This document shows, in pieces, positions 1 to 12,687 of a DNA stretch of 64,000 nucleotides. This DNA is from Raillietiella orientalis. Its lineage: Eukaryota. Location of the stretch: contig JAYWIR010000010.1 of NCBI GenBank assembly GCA_036172245.1, positions 1,674,001-1,738,000 on the forward strand, given 5' to 3'. The notes under the pieces were generated by a model, which was not told the DNA's origin, did no database searches, and worked only from the letters and a program-made list of their open reading frames with translations. Within the stretch, counting starts at the first letter, position 1; the number at the start of each line of letters is the position of its first letter. The translations under genes were made by a program, and so were the position numbers.

Positions 1-3000
1 CGAATGAGCGCTCAGTCTGTGCGCACTCCGCTCAGTGACAGAACTGATTGATCCAGCAGATGCTGCTGTTGCCTTCTGAAGCAAAGGGTTGCGTACGCGA
101 GTATCGACACCTGAATATGAAATACGCGATTAGTGGGAGATTTCGGAAAAGTCTTCTGGCCCAGGGAGTGCTCTGGACAGGGAAGGGTTGTGTGTAAGGG
201 CATCCCTAACGATCTGTGTGAGGCGGGGCTTCGACTTTTGCTCCTCCATGCTGTAGGAAGGCGATGAAAAAAGCCGAATGGGGCGCGTTTGCATGATCAA
301 GTGGTTAATTGTGGCCGATTCTGATTCCATCACTGTGCAGCAGAGTTCGGCTCTCGGTGCGGGAAGAAAGGAGATGGCATCGGGAAAGAATGGCGACCCT
401 CCCGGCTCCTGGAATAACTGTCTACAGCGCACGACTCAAGGAAGCACGACCTCAGTTGGCATCTTTCGATCAGGTTGCAGCTACGATTTCGGATCAGAAT
501 TTTCAGCAGATCCCGCTCCAAATCAGAAGCCTTGACCTGTTTCTCCCCTCGCAAACAGCAGCTCTTTTCAGGGATCGCTTCCTCTGATGTCCTTCCGTCT
601 TACTCCTGGAGTGGGGATTTTCGCTGCATTTGTGGCTGAAGACTTGTTTCGCTGCAACGCTACAGGAGACCGAAGGACTTTTCGTAGACGGGTGAGTTTT
701 GTTTCTGAAACGTCTTTGCAGCAGGAGACCGAAGGTGATACTGGAAACCGACACGTACCAATGGGAAAGAGGGATAAGAGTGGAATCCAGAAGACTGAAA
801 TGATCGATTCATAAGGATCGAAGGAACCTCGTCCGAAAATTGTATCACAGCTGCACTCCCACGCCTTTCCCCTTGAAACAAAAAACGTCCGCCCTGCGGT
901 CTTCCGGAAAGGCTTTTAAAGAATGCGAATGGCAGTCAGCAATGATCGGCTCGAAGTGAGCGGAAGACCTGAAAATGGAGCTGTTCGATCATGTGAAAAA
1001 CGTGCTGCAAGCTGACCCGGCCTGCGGTCTCCAGTTTTCTCCTTAGCATTCTTCCGAAGAATTCATTTTAATGACGGCGGCAGAATAATACCCTGGAAGA
1101 ACGTTGCTCAAACACACGCACGTACACAAGGACTCCCGCCTTATCCATTCCGTTTCCAATCATCTGGAAGGCGAACAGTGAAAAAATGAAGCAAAAATAG
1201 CCTTCATAGGTGTGGCTCTGCTCAATCCTCACTGAAAGACTCGGTAAGAACTCGGAACAGTTCGGGATGAAGGTTGCAGCGAGCGAAACCCAAAAGTGCC
1301 CTTGAAATTTCCATTAAATCAAAAATAGTACTGGAGTCTTCGTGGAACCATGAATAAGCAAGGAGGATCTGGAACACTGTGGTCTCTAAGAGCAAAAGTG
1401 CTAGAGACGAATGTTCAACCTCATGATCGCCTACTCCTCACAAAGGAGAGGAAGGAAAGGAGCACGCAATGCTTGCTCACTTAGCAACGGCGAAGAGCTT
1501 ATGAGTCTGTCATTCAGTCAGAATGTGAGACGAACAATGAGCCTATGCAAAATGTGTGTGTGTTGTATGTATGCTCGTGTGTGCACGAATGCACTTACGT
1601 ATTTTGTATACTTATACAAGCTTTACGTACAAACAAGGAATATAAATATCGCAAATTAAGATAAATGCATCCAAAAGTCCTTACTGACGGGTTTTCGCGC
1701 TTTTTCGGAATTTCTGGACGCCCTCTTTCTGAGCTCGCAGAGGTTTCGTCCCCTTCACGCAGTAGCAGAATCGGACCAGCTCTTAATTTGCACTATGTGT
1801 CCTCCTTGTACAATGGAAACATTGCGGGTCGAAAGTATGCCGTGAGCATTTCGAAATTCGGTTTTATCATTCATCCGCCGGGTTCAGGAATTTCGTCAGC
1901 GTGACTTTCCACATCTGCAACGGGTTGGGTTTTCAGCTGCACTTCTTCACTCGGTGCACCGCGACTGCCTGCTACAGTCTGCTGCTTCCCTTGATGTCAA
2001 AAGAAAAGCAGAGTATCACTCCAGTTGTGTGGAAGGGCTCTGACAAATAGCAACTGTCCCGATCCCTCACGGAGTTGGGGAAGAGATGAACATCCTTTGG
2101 AATGCTATCTGGCCATGCACCATCATCTGTTCAGCGACTAAGGAGTTGCATCCCCCAAGGGCTTGGTTTTTTTCGCACGTGGTTTTGCACGGGAACCCCG
2201 GCTCGTCAACAGCCAGTTCGTGTTAGGTTGGTCCTGTGTTTAAGCAAATTCCAAACCAAGGAAAACATTCAGTTGAAAGAACTATCCGCGGTCCGATGAA
2301 GATTTTTGGATCCGTCGGTTTTCTATATCGTCCAAGCATCGGCCTCGCAAGTTGCGCTTAGCATCACTTCAGGAGATCACATTTATAAGTTCTTTCCTGA
2401 CCTCAGTTCCGAATTTCTTTTCGCGGTTCCTTTGAAGACTTGGACTTCCATTGTTCCAAAGCATCGGTTGCATCGGTCTTTTCTCAGATATTCGGTCAAG
2501 TCATCAACTCAGAGATAAAAGTGATTTTCCAAGCAGGTTTAGTACGGAATCTTCATGTTCACATTAACGGCATTCGTTGATCATTAGCTTCTTATCAATC
2601 CGGGGAGTTCGTTTCTACTCTCATTCCTTCTTCTTCCGTTCTTCGTGATCCCGTATCGAACACACTGTGTCAATTGAGTGATCTACCGTTTCTCGAATCC
2701 CTGATCTGTGGAATTTGTCTCTCATGGAGTGCCAAAAAAAAAAGGATGCTGTGAATTCCTTTCGGTCGCATCTTGAATGCCATGGAGCAAAAATGCATGC
2801 AGAAGACGTCGGCATCAATTGCGATCGTTGCGCCTACTCAATAGAAACAGCGACTCAATAGATACAAAAGAGGAAAAAGAGCAAAATGTAACTCCATGAT
2901 ATACGGGTAGGAGTCCTTTATTCATTTTTGATATTTTTGTAAAGAAAAAAAAAAAAAAAAAGGTTCTTCGAAGATCAACGATTATTGATCATCCAACGAG

Positions 3001-3899
3001 TAGCAGTTTATTACCGATATGATTTTTTGTGACCTTAAGAAAGGACTAATCGTAAACGCTGCTTGGCACAATTACAGCCCAAATTTGATGAACGTACTTC
3101 TGGCATACCACTTGCTGCCAGGAAGTGTGTAGCGAGCCAACCCAGCGTGCTTCTCCTGGCTCACCTGAGCCAAGTCTTCATTCCAACTCACCATCCCTTG
3201 TTGAGATGGAATCGAAAACGAATGACGCAAAGTACTAATGATTGTAGGCACCACTTCCCCCCCTACGATGGTTTTCTGCCCCAATCTATTCCACATCATT
3301 TTCCGATTTAGTCATATGAAAACCCATTTTCTGGTCGATTCATATCCATATCAAAGGTTGCGCTCATAAGTGAAATGCTAAAATCACGATCGATGCTGCC
3401 TTTGAATTTCCTTCTTTGTTTTTTTTTTGTTTTAAATGATGGTTTCTTGAAAGTTTGTTTGCCTCCCTGCTTTTAAAATCCCCTTTCGTTTGTTTTTTGT
3501 TTTTTTTAATAAGAAAAACCGTGTCCTTGCTTCAGTTCTTCTTGATCCTTGCTGTGTTGAAAAACGTGGATATTTCGTGCTGTTCTATGCATTTACACCA
3601 TTCGTAAATTCAAGCACAATTTGCGTTGGTCATACGAATAGATAAGCATGAAATGCAGCGGAAACATGAACATCGTTAATTACATAAGATTTATTTGGTC
3701 AATGTAGGTTACACGAAAGGAAACCTTTCTTTACTTAAAAGTGACATCTTGAAGTTGTTTACTTAATCGGCATTGATAAGGCTCTGCTATTAAAAAAAAA
3801 CAGTCGGTACATCTGTTTGACGGGATGCCTACCGCCAGTTGACTTAGGAGGGTGAGAACTTGCGTTCTCCGCGCTGGCGACCTTTGTGTCAAAGAGCGT

Positions 3900-6800
3900 A
3901 TTTGTCCACGGCCATTTCTTTGCTTAGCCTCCGCTTCTGCTCCAACGAAACTTCAGGGATTACATTTCCTTTCCTCTTCAGCAACAGCCTAAACCGAATG
4001 ACGAAGGTAATGACACATGACAAGAGTAATTCCAAACCGAGTCTCTAACGAAGGACCAGAACGGGAGTGAAATCCGATGAGCTTCGAGCGAACAGGGAAC
4101 ACGCGGTGTGATGCGAGGCAGGCAATTTGGTGGCTTACGGCGGCAAATATCAACCCCTGTAATCAACCTCGTGCCTTCGCTGACTGGTACGCCTGCGCGC
4201 AGCAGCTGCCACGTCTGGACCCCACACATCGCGTATTAGCAGGGATAGTGGGATTCCATAGGAATGTCCGAAGGAAAATTATCAAAGGGCATCTCGGAAC
4301 TTTATTTCGTCAGTTGCGGCGGTGCGGTGTCGGTGTTTGACCTGGGCGAAGTCTGCCCTCCGAATCCCATTCCAGGTGAGCATCCCCGTGACGTTCTCGC
4401 AGAGGAGCCACATCCGAAGGACGGAGCTGACGGAATCCTCGTTACCGTGAGGCACGTCTCTTCCGTCTTTTGCGAGCACGCGCAGCCGATGAGGAGCGGC
4501 AATTCACGTCTTCGAAGAGGGTTTCGAAAATCTTGATCGCAGCGGGAGTGACAACTCATGTGTGCAACGCTGCCCCGCGGTGGGAACGATCGATCTTACC
4601 AACTTTGCAACTCTCCTCGTGGACCATCTAGTCAGAGTTCCAGATATCCCACGTTTCCTGTGAGTACCATCTTAGCTCCGGAGGAAAAGCCTTCTTGCAC
4701 CTCGCCAGTTGATTGTGCAGTGCACGTGGTGAGTGAGTCGAGCGCAGAAGTTTCGGTTCGTGGAAAGTCCTTCCGTATCCCGAACTGCGTCCTTTTTCAA
4801 GCGCAATCCTCTGGACGCGAGGACGACGCTGAAATTTCCAATCTTTCGCACCTCCGTGTCGGCTGGAAACAGATAGCGGCTTGAACTCTTGAGCGGTGAA
4901 GGCTCATATCCCTCTACGGAGCAGCTCGGAACTTGCAGGATCGCGAGTCGAGTCTGCTTGAGAAGTGAGCGAACGCTTCTTTCTGGATCATAAAGAGCAC
5001 TCTCGAGGGACTCATCCTTCCACCGGTTGCGGAAGGACCATTCTGGGAGGATTTCGTTTTCGCTCCGGCCGAAAGAACGTGCTGAGATGCCTAAGATGCA
5101 GAGCAGCGTCGACGCCGTTCCTTCCACGACATCACTTCCTGGTAGTTGCTGGTTCGAAACTTTCGTGTTCAGCTTTCCCGCGCCATTTTCTCTAATTCGG
5201 CTTAAGCAAATCACGAAATGCCGCGGGTGTGATGAAGAAGCAGAGCGCGGCAGCCCACGGTGTTCCATTCGTGGCAACTGAAGCACCACAGCGTTTTCGA
5301 CTCGCTTTCGGCCGGCCGTTGCCGCTTCTCATCCACAGTGTCCATTCCATCGTTTGGGTTAAATTACAATCACCATTGCTGGAATGGCTCTGGAGAATCC
5401 TTCGTGGATGATGTTTCCCTCCGTGTTCTTCACCGTTCCTCGGTGCTCGCTTCCGGAGTGAGAGCATTGTCCAGGTCATCTGGTTGGGCTGCATTTTTTC
5501 TTCTCACATGCGTTGCATAGATGCTACTTGAGAAGCGGATGCAGGTGGTTACCATCCGCTGCCATATCGTTATCAGCTACTTTTTGAAATTCCCATGTAT
5601 TGCAGAACGTTGTCGTTTTCAGGATCCCATGCCCCAAGTGGGCCGACAAGGATCGCCTGCACTTTGCCTGCATTTTCCCAGTTTCCGAGTTGCATGGCGA
5701 CCCATCTTGGTATCTGCCTTCTTTTATTTACTAGATGTGGAGAACGTCTCCTTTCCGTTTTCAAATGGGTATGAGATGTCCAGCACACCTATTCGGTCTC
5801 GTTTTTCCAATACCAGGTCTGGTTTTAAGGTGGAGGTGGTTCCTGGCACTCTGCGATTACTCGATATAAGAGTTCACTTGGCGTCATCCATTGCGGCCTT
5901 CTTGATGATTTCCAGGATAGCACATGGCGCTGCATCGTCAGAGGCGCGTGCTTTTTACATCTGCTGAGCACGTGTGATAGTGTCTCGCCCTCGGTTCCGC
6001 AACGCCAACATATCCATTCATGAACCTTCTTCGTTGGTCCAGCGTGTAGTGGCAGAAGGTTCGGTCTTGCCGCATGGATGAACCTGTAGGCTTGGTGTCT
6101 TAAGTGGCTTCCGTTTGTATGGAAGAAGCTTAAAGAGTGATGCATGCCCATGCATGTTGTCGCTTTTCATCCACAATGTCTAAGCAGTGGAAAGAGTGGT
6201 CTGGGCTCTAGTGGAGCAGACGGAAGAATTTTTTCCTCGTCTTATTTGTCTTGCTGCAGATTCAAATTGCTTTCCTGACATTGTCACTGTGTCATCTTTG
6301 ATTTTTCATTCGAGTCACTGACACCTATTAATACTCCTTCTCCAAAGCCTTTGAAATTGGCTTTGGAGGAGAAGCATTATAATAGAATTGCACTTTTGTG
6401 CGAAAATTCTGAAGAGGAGAGTTGTCCGTTTTGTTCATCATCAAAGCATTTAATATCGTGATCCAAATTCCTGGAAGAAATCCTCATTCGTTTTCGAGAA
6501 CTCCCGAGTGATTATTTCGAAATTTTCCCACGTTTTCACTTTATGAGCTCGTGGATATTTTAGAATTCCTAGAGATCGCCTGAGTGAAAATGTTTTCTCC
6601 CCTCTCTGCCAAAAAAGTTCCATTCCCGGTTTGCATGACAACGATCTTGATGATCTAGATCGATTCAGTGTTGGGCAATCCGTTCTGGAGTGTTGAAAAG
6701 GAATTCCGACGAGTTATCCCGATAGATTTATGGAGCGCTGGAACAGCAAAGGAAGATTTTATAATGATGGCGCTACCATTTCGCCTGCCTCGCAGGAGTT

Positions 6801-7250
6801 TTTGTTCTGTACCCTCTACTAATCCTGGAAATTTCCAACCTTTTTCCTCGGCCTTTGTCTTCAGACGGGATTTTTCTAGACTGCCCAAACCCGCCCTCGG
6901 TGCGTAACCGTGCTTCTGGTGGACTGCCATGAGGATATTTCACTGCCTCTACGAAGTTCTTCCCTTCTTCTATGAAGGGTCTCATATTTATCTGCCTCGT
7001 GACGAGAGATATTCAGGAAAGTGCTTCCTTCGTCACATTTTGGGTTGATTCTTTAACGAAGCATTAAAAGGAAAGAGGCAGTAATAAATGTGTCGAGAAT
7101 AAATGCATCGTAGAAGGCCATATTTTTCAAGTAGGGATATCCGAAAGGATCAATGGACAAGCAGAATAGTGCTAAGCAACCAGTGGTGTTTCCCGTAACC
7201 AAAAGAAACTGGAAGGCATGGAAAATTCATCGGTGGATTACTGGATGTAG
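3900..7250 (-). mobile_element. Degenerate BEL/Pao LTR retrotransposon internal region (gag knuckles, protease, RT, RNase H), interrupted by a non-LTR fragment
   Basis: Frameshifted minus-strand motifs in Pao order: Cys/His clusters ~7000-7200 (HYSAC; LLRCIYSRHIYYC), MELFWQ ~6620, TL-VDE (YVDD-like) ~5335, CILGIS...SALYDPERSVRSLLKQTRLAILQ (KILGL...LFDPLG-like) ~5100-4935, AKMV..YLEL ~4680-4635, TSRGCSP/LTWNG (ASRG..WW.GP-like) ~4395-4365. No LTRs identified. Confidence 0.6.
5495..6180 (-). mobile_element. 3' fragment of an RLE-type non-LTR retrotransposon (NeSL/Utopia-like, R2 group)
   Basis: YRFIHAARPNLLP, CCHC knuckle CWRCGTEGETLSHVLSRC, RH motif, KPDLVL...VLDISYPFENG (PD-D endonuclease), ILVGPLGAWDPEND and terminal CIRFSSSIYATHV; several frameshifts and stops; RT absent. 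Confidence 0.8.
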
Positions 7251-8199
7251 AAAATTCATTGAGCACTAAATGTCCACTTGATCTTCAGACGTGCTTCATT
7301 CTCCTCTAATGACTTCTTTCCATCAGTGGACCCGGTCCCAATGGACAACTCGAGAAAGAGGATTTCAGTGCGACTAAGTTTGGCAGTATAAAGCTGTCAG
7401 GAGCTTTCACTGCATTTTTTTTTTTTTGCTTTTATAAAGACCTCCATCACTGGCCTGTTGAGATGTTGGAATTATCAAGCGAGATAAAAATCTTGAGCTT
7501 CCAGGTTCGAAACGGAGCACAGCTTCCGTGCAAGAATGGAACTCTTTACATCAAAAAACTGGAAACAAACCTTAAACGGAGGCAAAGCTGCAAGCTGCTG
7601 CTGCTGCTGCTACAATGCACCCAGAATCTTGGACCTCTCATCATCATCACTGCATAATGAGCAAAAGGTCCAAGTAACTAAGCTTTGGAAATGCAACAGG
7701 ATCGAATTTCTTTATCTACCACACCACGTTCTTTCATCCGGTCTGTTGTTTTCGGCTCTCCGGAACAAAACTTCAGGATTAACAATTCTGCCTTCTATTC
7801 TTGATCCTGATGAAGATGGGGATAGATTCCTTATTGACCTAGGCATCTCATGGGACGCCTTTCAATCAGGCAACCTATAAACGTCTGCTGCACCAAAGAG
7901 ACCTGTCTTTCAGAGGGAAAAAAATTTTGCTCAAATCATAAATTAAGTTGGCGGGTGAAAAATCAGCTGAAAAGATAAGCATCACTATGTCCACTCTCTT
8001 CTACCCACTCCGAGTGAGATGTTTCCGTTGTTTCAGGGCAGACATCTGCCATCCCGGCACCAATGCAGATGTTCGAACCTTTTCGCAAAGGAACGATGCT
8101 GCTGCACCCGCACCTGACAACTTATACACTCAATAGTGAATTTTTCGGGAGGTCACCTCCGGCAATGAGTGCGTGACGATCAATGGCGCTAGCAGATCT

Positions 8200-8830
8200 C
8201 TAAGCGAGCACCCTTGGGAAATATATGGACAGCCGAAAAACTCCTAAGACGGGAAAGGTGGCAGGTGGACCAGCAGATTAGCTCCTCCGGCACGAGAACG
8301 CCTCCATCAAAGCTCTGGACCCGTTCGTTTTCCGGGAACACTACCGTATGGAGAATGCGGAGGCTCCTGCGGAGCGTTTTCCCGACGGACCCACCTCCGA
8401 GCAAGTCATTGGAGCAGACAGCCATGTGAAGGGTTCATTCCTCTTCGGTCAGCATACTCCAGATTACAGTATTCGCCGACTCGAAGCCCAAGGCTCGGAA
8501 GAAAGGCAGGCGGAGGGCTCCCTGTCGCCTTCAACCCTCCAGCAACCGTGTCCGAGCGCGTGGCCCGCAGGAACACAAGACTGGGAAACCCGGTCCACAG
8601 TGGGAGATAAAGGGGAGATGGAGCAGACGCGGTGATCAGCGACTGCTCAGAACTGGGGGGTGCTCTGCGTCGGATGCTTACAACGGATGTAGTCGGGGTC
8701 CTCCAAGATCTATGAGGGGGGGGGGGAATCCGCCGCGCTCATTCTCGACAGCAGGGATCCTCTTCTGCGACCCGAGAAGGCGTCCTTATGATTCCAGGGT
8801 ACCGTATATTTCATTTCTTTGTTTATTTTT
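8200..8830 (+). mobile_element. Degenerate LINE RT N-terminal relic (R1/jockey-like)
   Basis: LLRSVFPTD, DAYNGC and PRSFSTAGILFCDPRRRPYDSRVPYISFL (resembles P..WK.A..I.IPK....YRPISL). Confidence 0.35.
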
Positions 8831-8999
8831 TTGCTTTTCTCCAGATGTCATCCTGGCATTCCGACTCTTCTACGCCTCATTTCGTCCACCCCTTCGATTT
8901 TATGGCTTCTTTTGCAACTTTATCGTGAAAAGTCAGAAGTTTGAACCAGAAGCTGCTTCGAAACGATGGCATTCCTTTCTTTTGTCTCGATAAAGATGC

Positions 9000-11600
9000 A
9001 ATTATTATTTTTTTTTACTGAGATTTGAATGCCTCGGGGTGCTGTGAGGTTCTCCTTCCAAATGACTGATGCCAGTCAGCAATCTGAGCAATCTTCTATT
9101 CGAAGAGGGGAGTGCTGAAATGTGACTCTCCTCTCTTAAAATGGACCAGACCTCATAATCAAAATCTGACAGTCTCGTATCAAGCGCCATCACAGCATCA
9201 TGGCATCTTCAGACTATTCTGGCAGCCGTGGTTATCTTTTGATCTTTCGCCGGGAAGACAGTAGAAGAAAGCGGAAGAGGATCCTTCACTACGATCATTC
9301 CAGCTTCCGGAATCCCCAGCTCAAAGATGCTTGTGAACCTAGCGGGATCTTCTCGTTTTCAATCAGGGAGTTGCTCCGTGAGATCATCGTGAATCGCCAC
9401 CCTTCGAAACTACAGGTCAAGCTTGGATGGCCTTTTCTGTCGTTTTTCCGAATCCGAAAAAGTTGTCCTTGTCACCCGCAACCAAGGGACGCCGAAGCTG
9501 CCGCAGCAACCCTAGAGATGGCTCCGAGGCACACGGTCGGGTTTTGTTTCGTTACCCAGGTAATGCGGAAAGCCTCTCTTCGCCTGGAGAAGCAGCAGTA
9601 GTCCGTGATCAGTCCTTCCCTGCTATCCGACAGCCGAATTCTCTTTATCAGAAGATCTTCTGGACCAGCTACGAACCTCCTGGTGCCCAGGCGATCGATG
9701 AGCAGGATGGCGCCGAGATGTCCCAAGGAGCAACTGTCTTGCTCATTCGTCGGAAGGTGACACCCCGAGCGCAGTCCATTGCGATCCGCAGTAGGGTGGC
9801 AACCAAGAAAGCACCCCCAGAAGTTTCCGTTATCTTTGGGTGGACCGCTCCTTCCAATGTTCTCCGGAAATCCCTGCGAGCATAGTCTCCAGCATCCATC
9901 GAGAGCTCTCTTTTAGAGTCACCCTAAAGCTTTTGCAGGTCTATCTCCACGCTCACCCACATGACCCCTTTCTTTTAAAGCTCTCCTAGAGAAAAGCACT
10001 CGCGAGAAGGACGGCAGGAGTCTCCACAAAAGTCTTCCGTCATGGTCACAGGACTCAGTGAGCAGCTCCATCGTCTGATGCACTGTGTCAGCATCTCCAG
10101 GGGACTTTTTGTAGGAAAGTGTCCTCTTTGATCCCTCGGAACACAGGAAATCTCCCCAGGCTGAAAAGAGGCCGCAAGCCGTGCTCGCCACGTGGTCGCG
10201 ACAGCCTCGAATGCTGATGACCTTCCTCCCTTCATCGGAAGAAACCCACAGAGGGGTCACATGGAGCAGTAATGGTGTCTCCATGTGGCCTCCCCCATCG
10301 GCTGCCAGCAACTTGTCGACCGGACCCCATGGAACGCGTCGGCAGCTCGTGGTCGACGGAGCCCACGGAAGCAACGCAACCTCCTCGACTGCCCCTCGTG
10401 GGGAGAACAGCAGAGGAAATTCGCCTTGGTCCGATCCTGGGAGTTTCTCCCTTCAAGAACGCCTCCCGCGCCTCGACTACTCCACTTCTTAGCTGTCCAG
10501 CTGTCCTTCGGTGAGGTCTGCAGGATTGTTGCGGGAGCGGAGCTCGGAGAAGGACGAGGCCACGGAAGCACCATCGGACAGTATCCTTCCCTGCTGCGCC
10601 CCGCCCTTCGCAGCCCTCTGGCCTTGCTCTTTCTCTGGGGACTCAAAAACTAGGATTCTGTGCCCGCGAAACCCTTCCGAAGGACATTCCCTTCCTGGTA
10701 CCGCACTCACCCTGACTCCGTTCGGCGGCGGATGCAGCAGGGAGGGAGCGCATGGTGAGATTCGCTCTTCAAGAATCTCGGCGTTCCCGGGATGCACAGA
10801 GAGCTTTGCAGTGCTGCCGCCATCCCAGGCGCTCTTCCGCCCATCTTCCCTCATGGAAGGCGATTCCCGAAAGTAATGCATCTGACCCTCCCCCAAGTGC
10901 CCGCGCTTACCTCTCCGAGCAAGCAAGGAGGTCCAGGAACGGAAGAAGACAAGCAGGGAGCAGTCTGCATGAAATTCTCTTCCTGCAGGATTCTCCTGTT
11001 TCTCAGGCAGCTGGGGCCGAGTCCGACCGGCCATCCTTCCCACGGGGAACCGTCTCTGGATGCTTCAGGCAGCCCAGGCGGCCGTCGCCGGGAGATTGGG
11101 GAATACGCGTGTAGTGAGGGAACGGGGAATGGGAGCAACGAGGTGGTTTCGTCTCCGTGCCTGGAGCTGCCGAGACAAAAGCAAGCTCCTTCCAGGCTGT
11201 ACAAGCAGCGGCCTCCAGAGAATCTGCGATTCGGTTTCCAGCGGGAGCAGCTGGGAAAGGAAAAGCAGAAGGAGGGAGGAAGAAGAGGAGAAGAGAGAAG
11301 TCGGCTCCCGCGAAAAGAAAGAGGATTCGGGACTGGGAAGAAGGAAAGAAAAGGAATACTTGCCTCGTGCGGGATGGGGTAAGACTCCTTGAGAAACGAG
11401 ATGCTTTCCGAATCCTTCCTGCGAGAATCTCTCCCTCTTTCAACGTCTCGGGATTGGGAAGGTATAAACCGGCATGTCTCCTCCCCTGTTCTGAGAGAGC
11501 CCATTTCGCCGGTAGGCAAGCGGAAGGGGTCTGGCAGGATCCGCGTAGAGGCGGGAGGGAAGAGGTTGGGAGTACTCGAGGAAGGTTAGAAAGCCGCTGC
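9000..11600 (-). mobile_element. Degenerate L1/Tx1-like LINE ORF2 (APE linker and RT)
   Basis: Ordered frameshifted motifs: GPSCLRNRRILQEENF (GP.YWKLN..LL.DEEF), WGRVRC, EKEQGQR...GRILSD, KGETP-GSD, WR-PIT..CD, EIDLQK-AF, ARQ-CSL. Confidence 0.6.
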
Positions 11601-12687
11601 CCTTCCCTTTTCTACGGTGCCACCAGCCGCACCTGCTCCAGCTGCTCTCCAACGCATCGTCTACTTCCTTCTTTCCTCCTCCTCCTCCCCCTGCTTCTTT
11701 TCCCAGAGAACTCCTCGACTGCAAGCGAGGGAGGGGGACCTCCTCCGCGTCGACCTTCCCCGACCTGGCTCTGCAACCGCCCCCGGCAGGCACGTGGTAG
11801 GTGTCTGCGCCTGACGCGTCAAAGTGCATTCCCCTTTGGAAGGGGGAGCCCTTTTGTTCTTCCTCCTCTTTTTTTTTTTCTTTTCTTGAAGTGTCCCTTT
11901 TCGGGAAGTGGCAAAGCCTTTTCTGACTAAATTCCTATTCCCGTTTGCTCTGATGGACTACCCAGAGACCGCTCAGCGGACGCCTGTGTTTCCAGGAGAG
12001 CCGTGCAAGATCGGCCTGCTGCCACCCCACGGCCATCCTGCGAGCGAGGACGGCTCCTCCGGCGAAGGCAGTAGGGTACGCCTCTCCCAGCCCGTTTTGG
12101 AAGGAAATGCCGCTCAAAGAGAGGCACGCAGCTTGCTCCATTCCTCCTCCTCCACCCTGTCGCTCTTAACTTTCTCCCTTCCATCCTCCGTTTCCTAGGA
12201 CAACGCGTGTTCGGCGCGCGGAGGACTCGTCTCTCCCCCCCCCCCCCGACCTTGCTGGGGGACCTCTTCGACTCGCGACAGCAACGCCCCGAATTTTCCT
12301 CTGCAGGAGAAGTCCTGTCGGGAGGGATTCGTCCCTGCTCGGAAGGAAGGGGTAGGAGTCCTCCCTTGGAAGGAGGAGGAAGGAAAGAAGGCAGAACCGG
12401 GGCATCCGACTCACTTCACTTTCGGGGAGTTCAAAAGGAGCCACAGCGGCATCCCTCCCCTTCCCCTCCCGGGTGGAAACCTGGGCGGGGAAGGGAGGGG
12501 GTGAGAGCAGTCGGCACGCCTCTCGCAAGCGCCGTCAGATGCCAGCACGGCGCGGCGAGGGCTGGAGTGAGCTCGGCCGCCGCTGAATTTCGCAAGGAGC
12601 TGCCGGTAGGCAGCGCTGCGACCGCCTCCAAGAATCGCGTCTGGAGCGCCGGTTGGTGGGAGAAGCAGGTCGCTCGCGGAGCACAGA

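Noticed and set aside
7700..7850. Plus-strand YLPHHV (Pao RT-like), and FVDD at ~5401
   Set aside because: Isolated short motifs on the strand opposite the Pao relic, with no supporting neighbouring motifs; may be chance.
11600..12687. Upstream signal-peptide exon for a secreted gelsolin isoform
   Set aside because: No exon with a convincing signal peptide and compatible splice sites was found; it cannot be excluded without transcripts.
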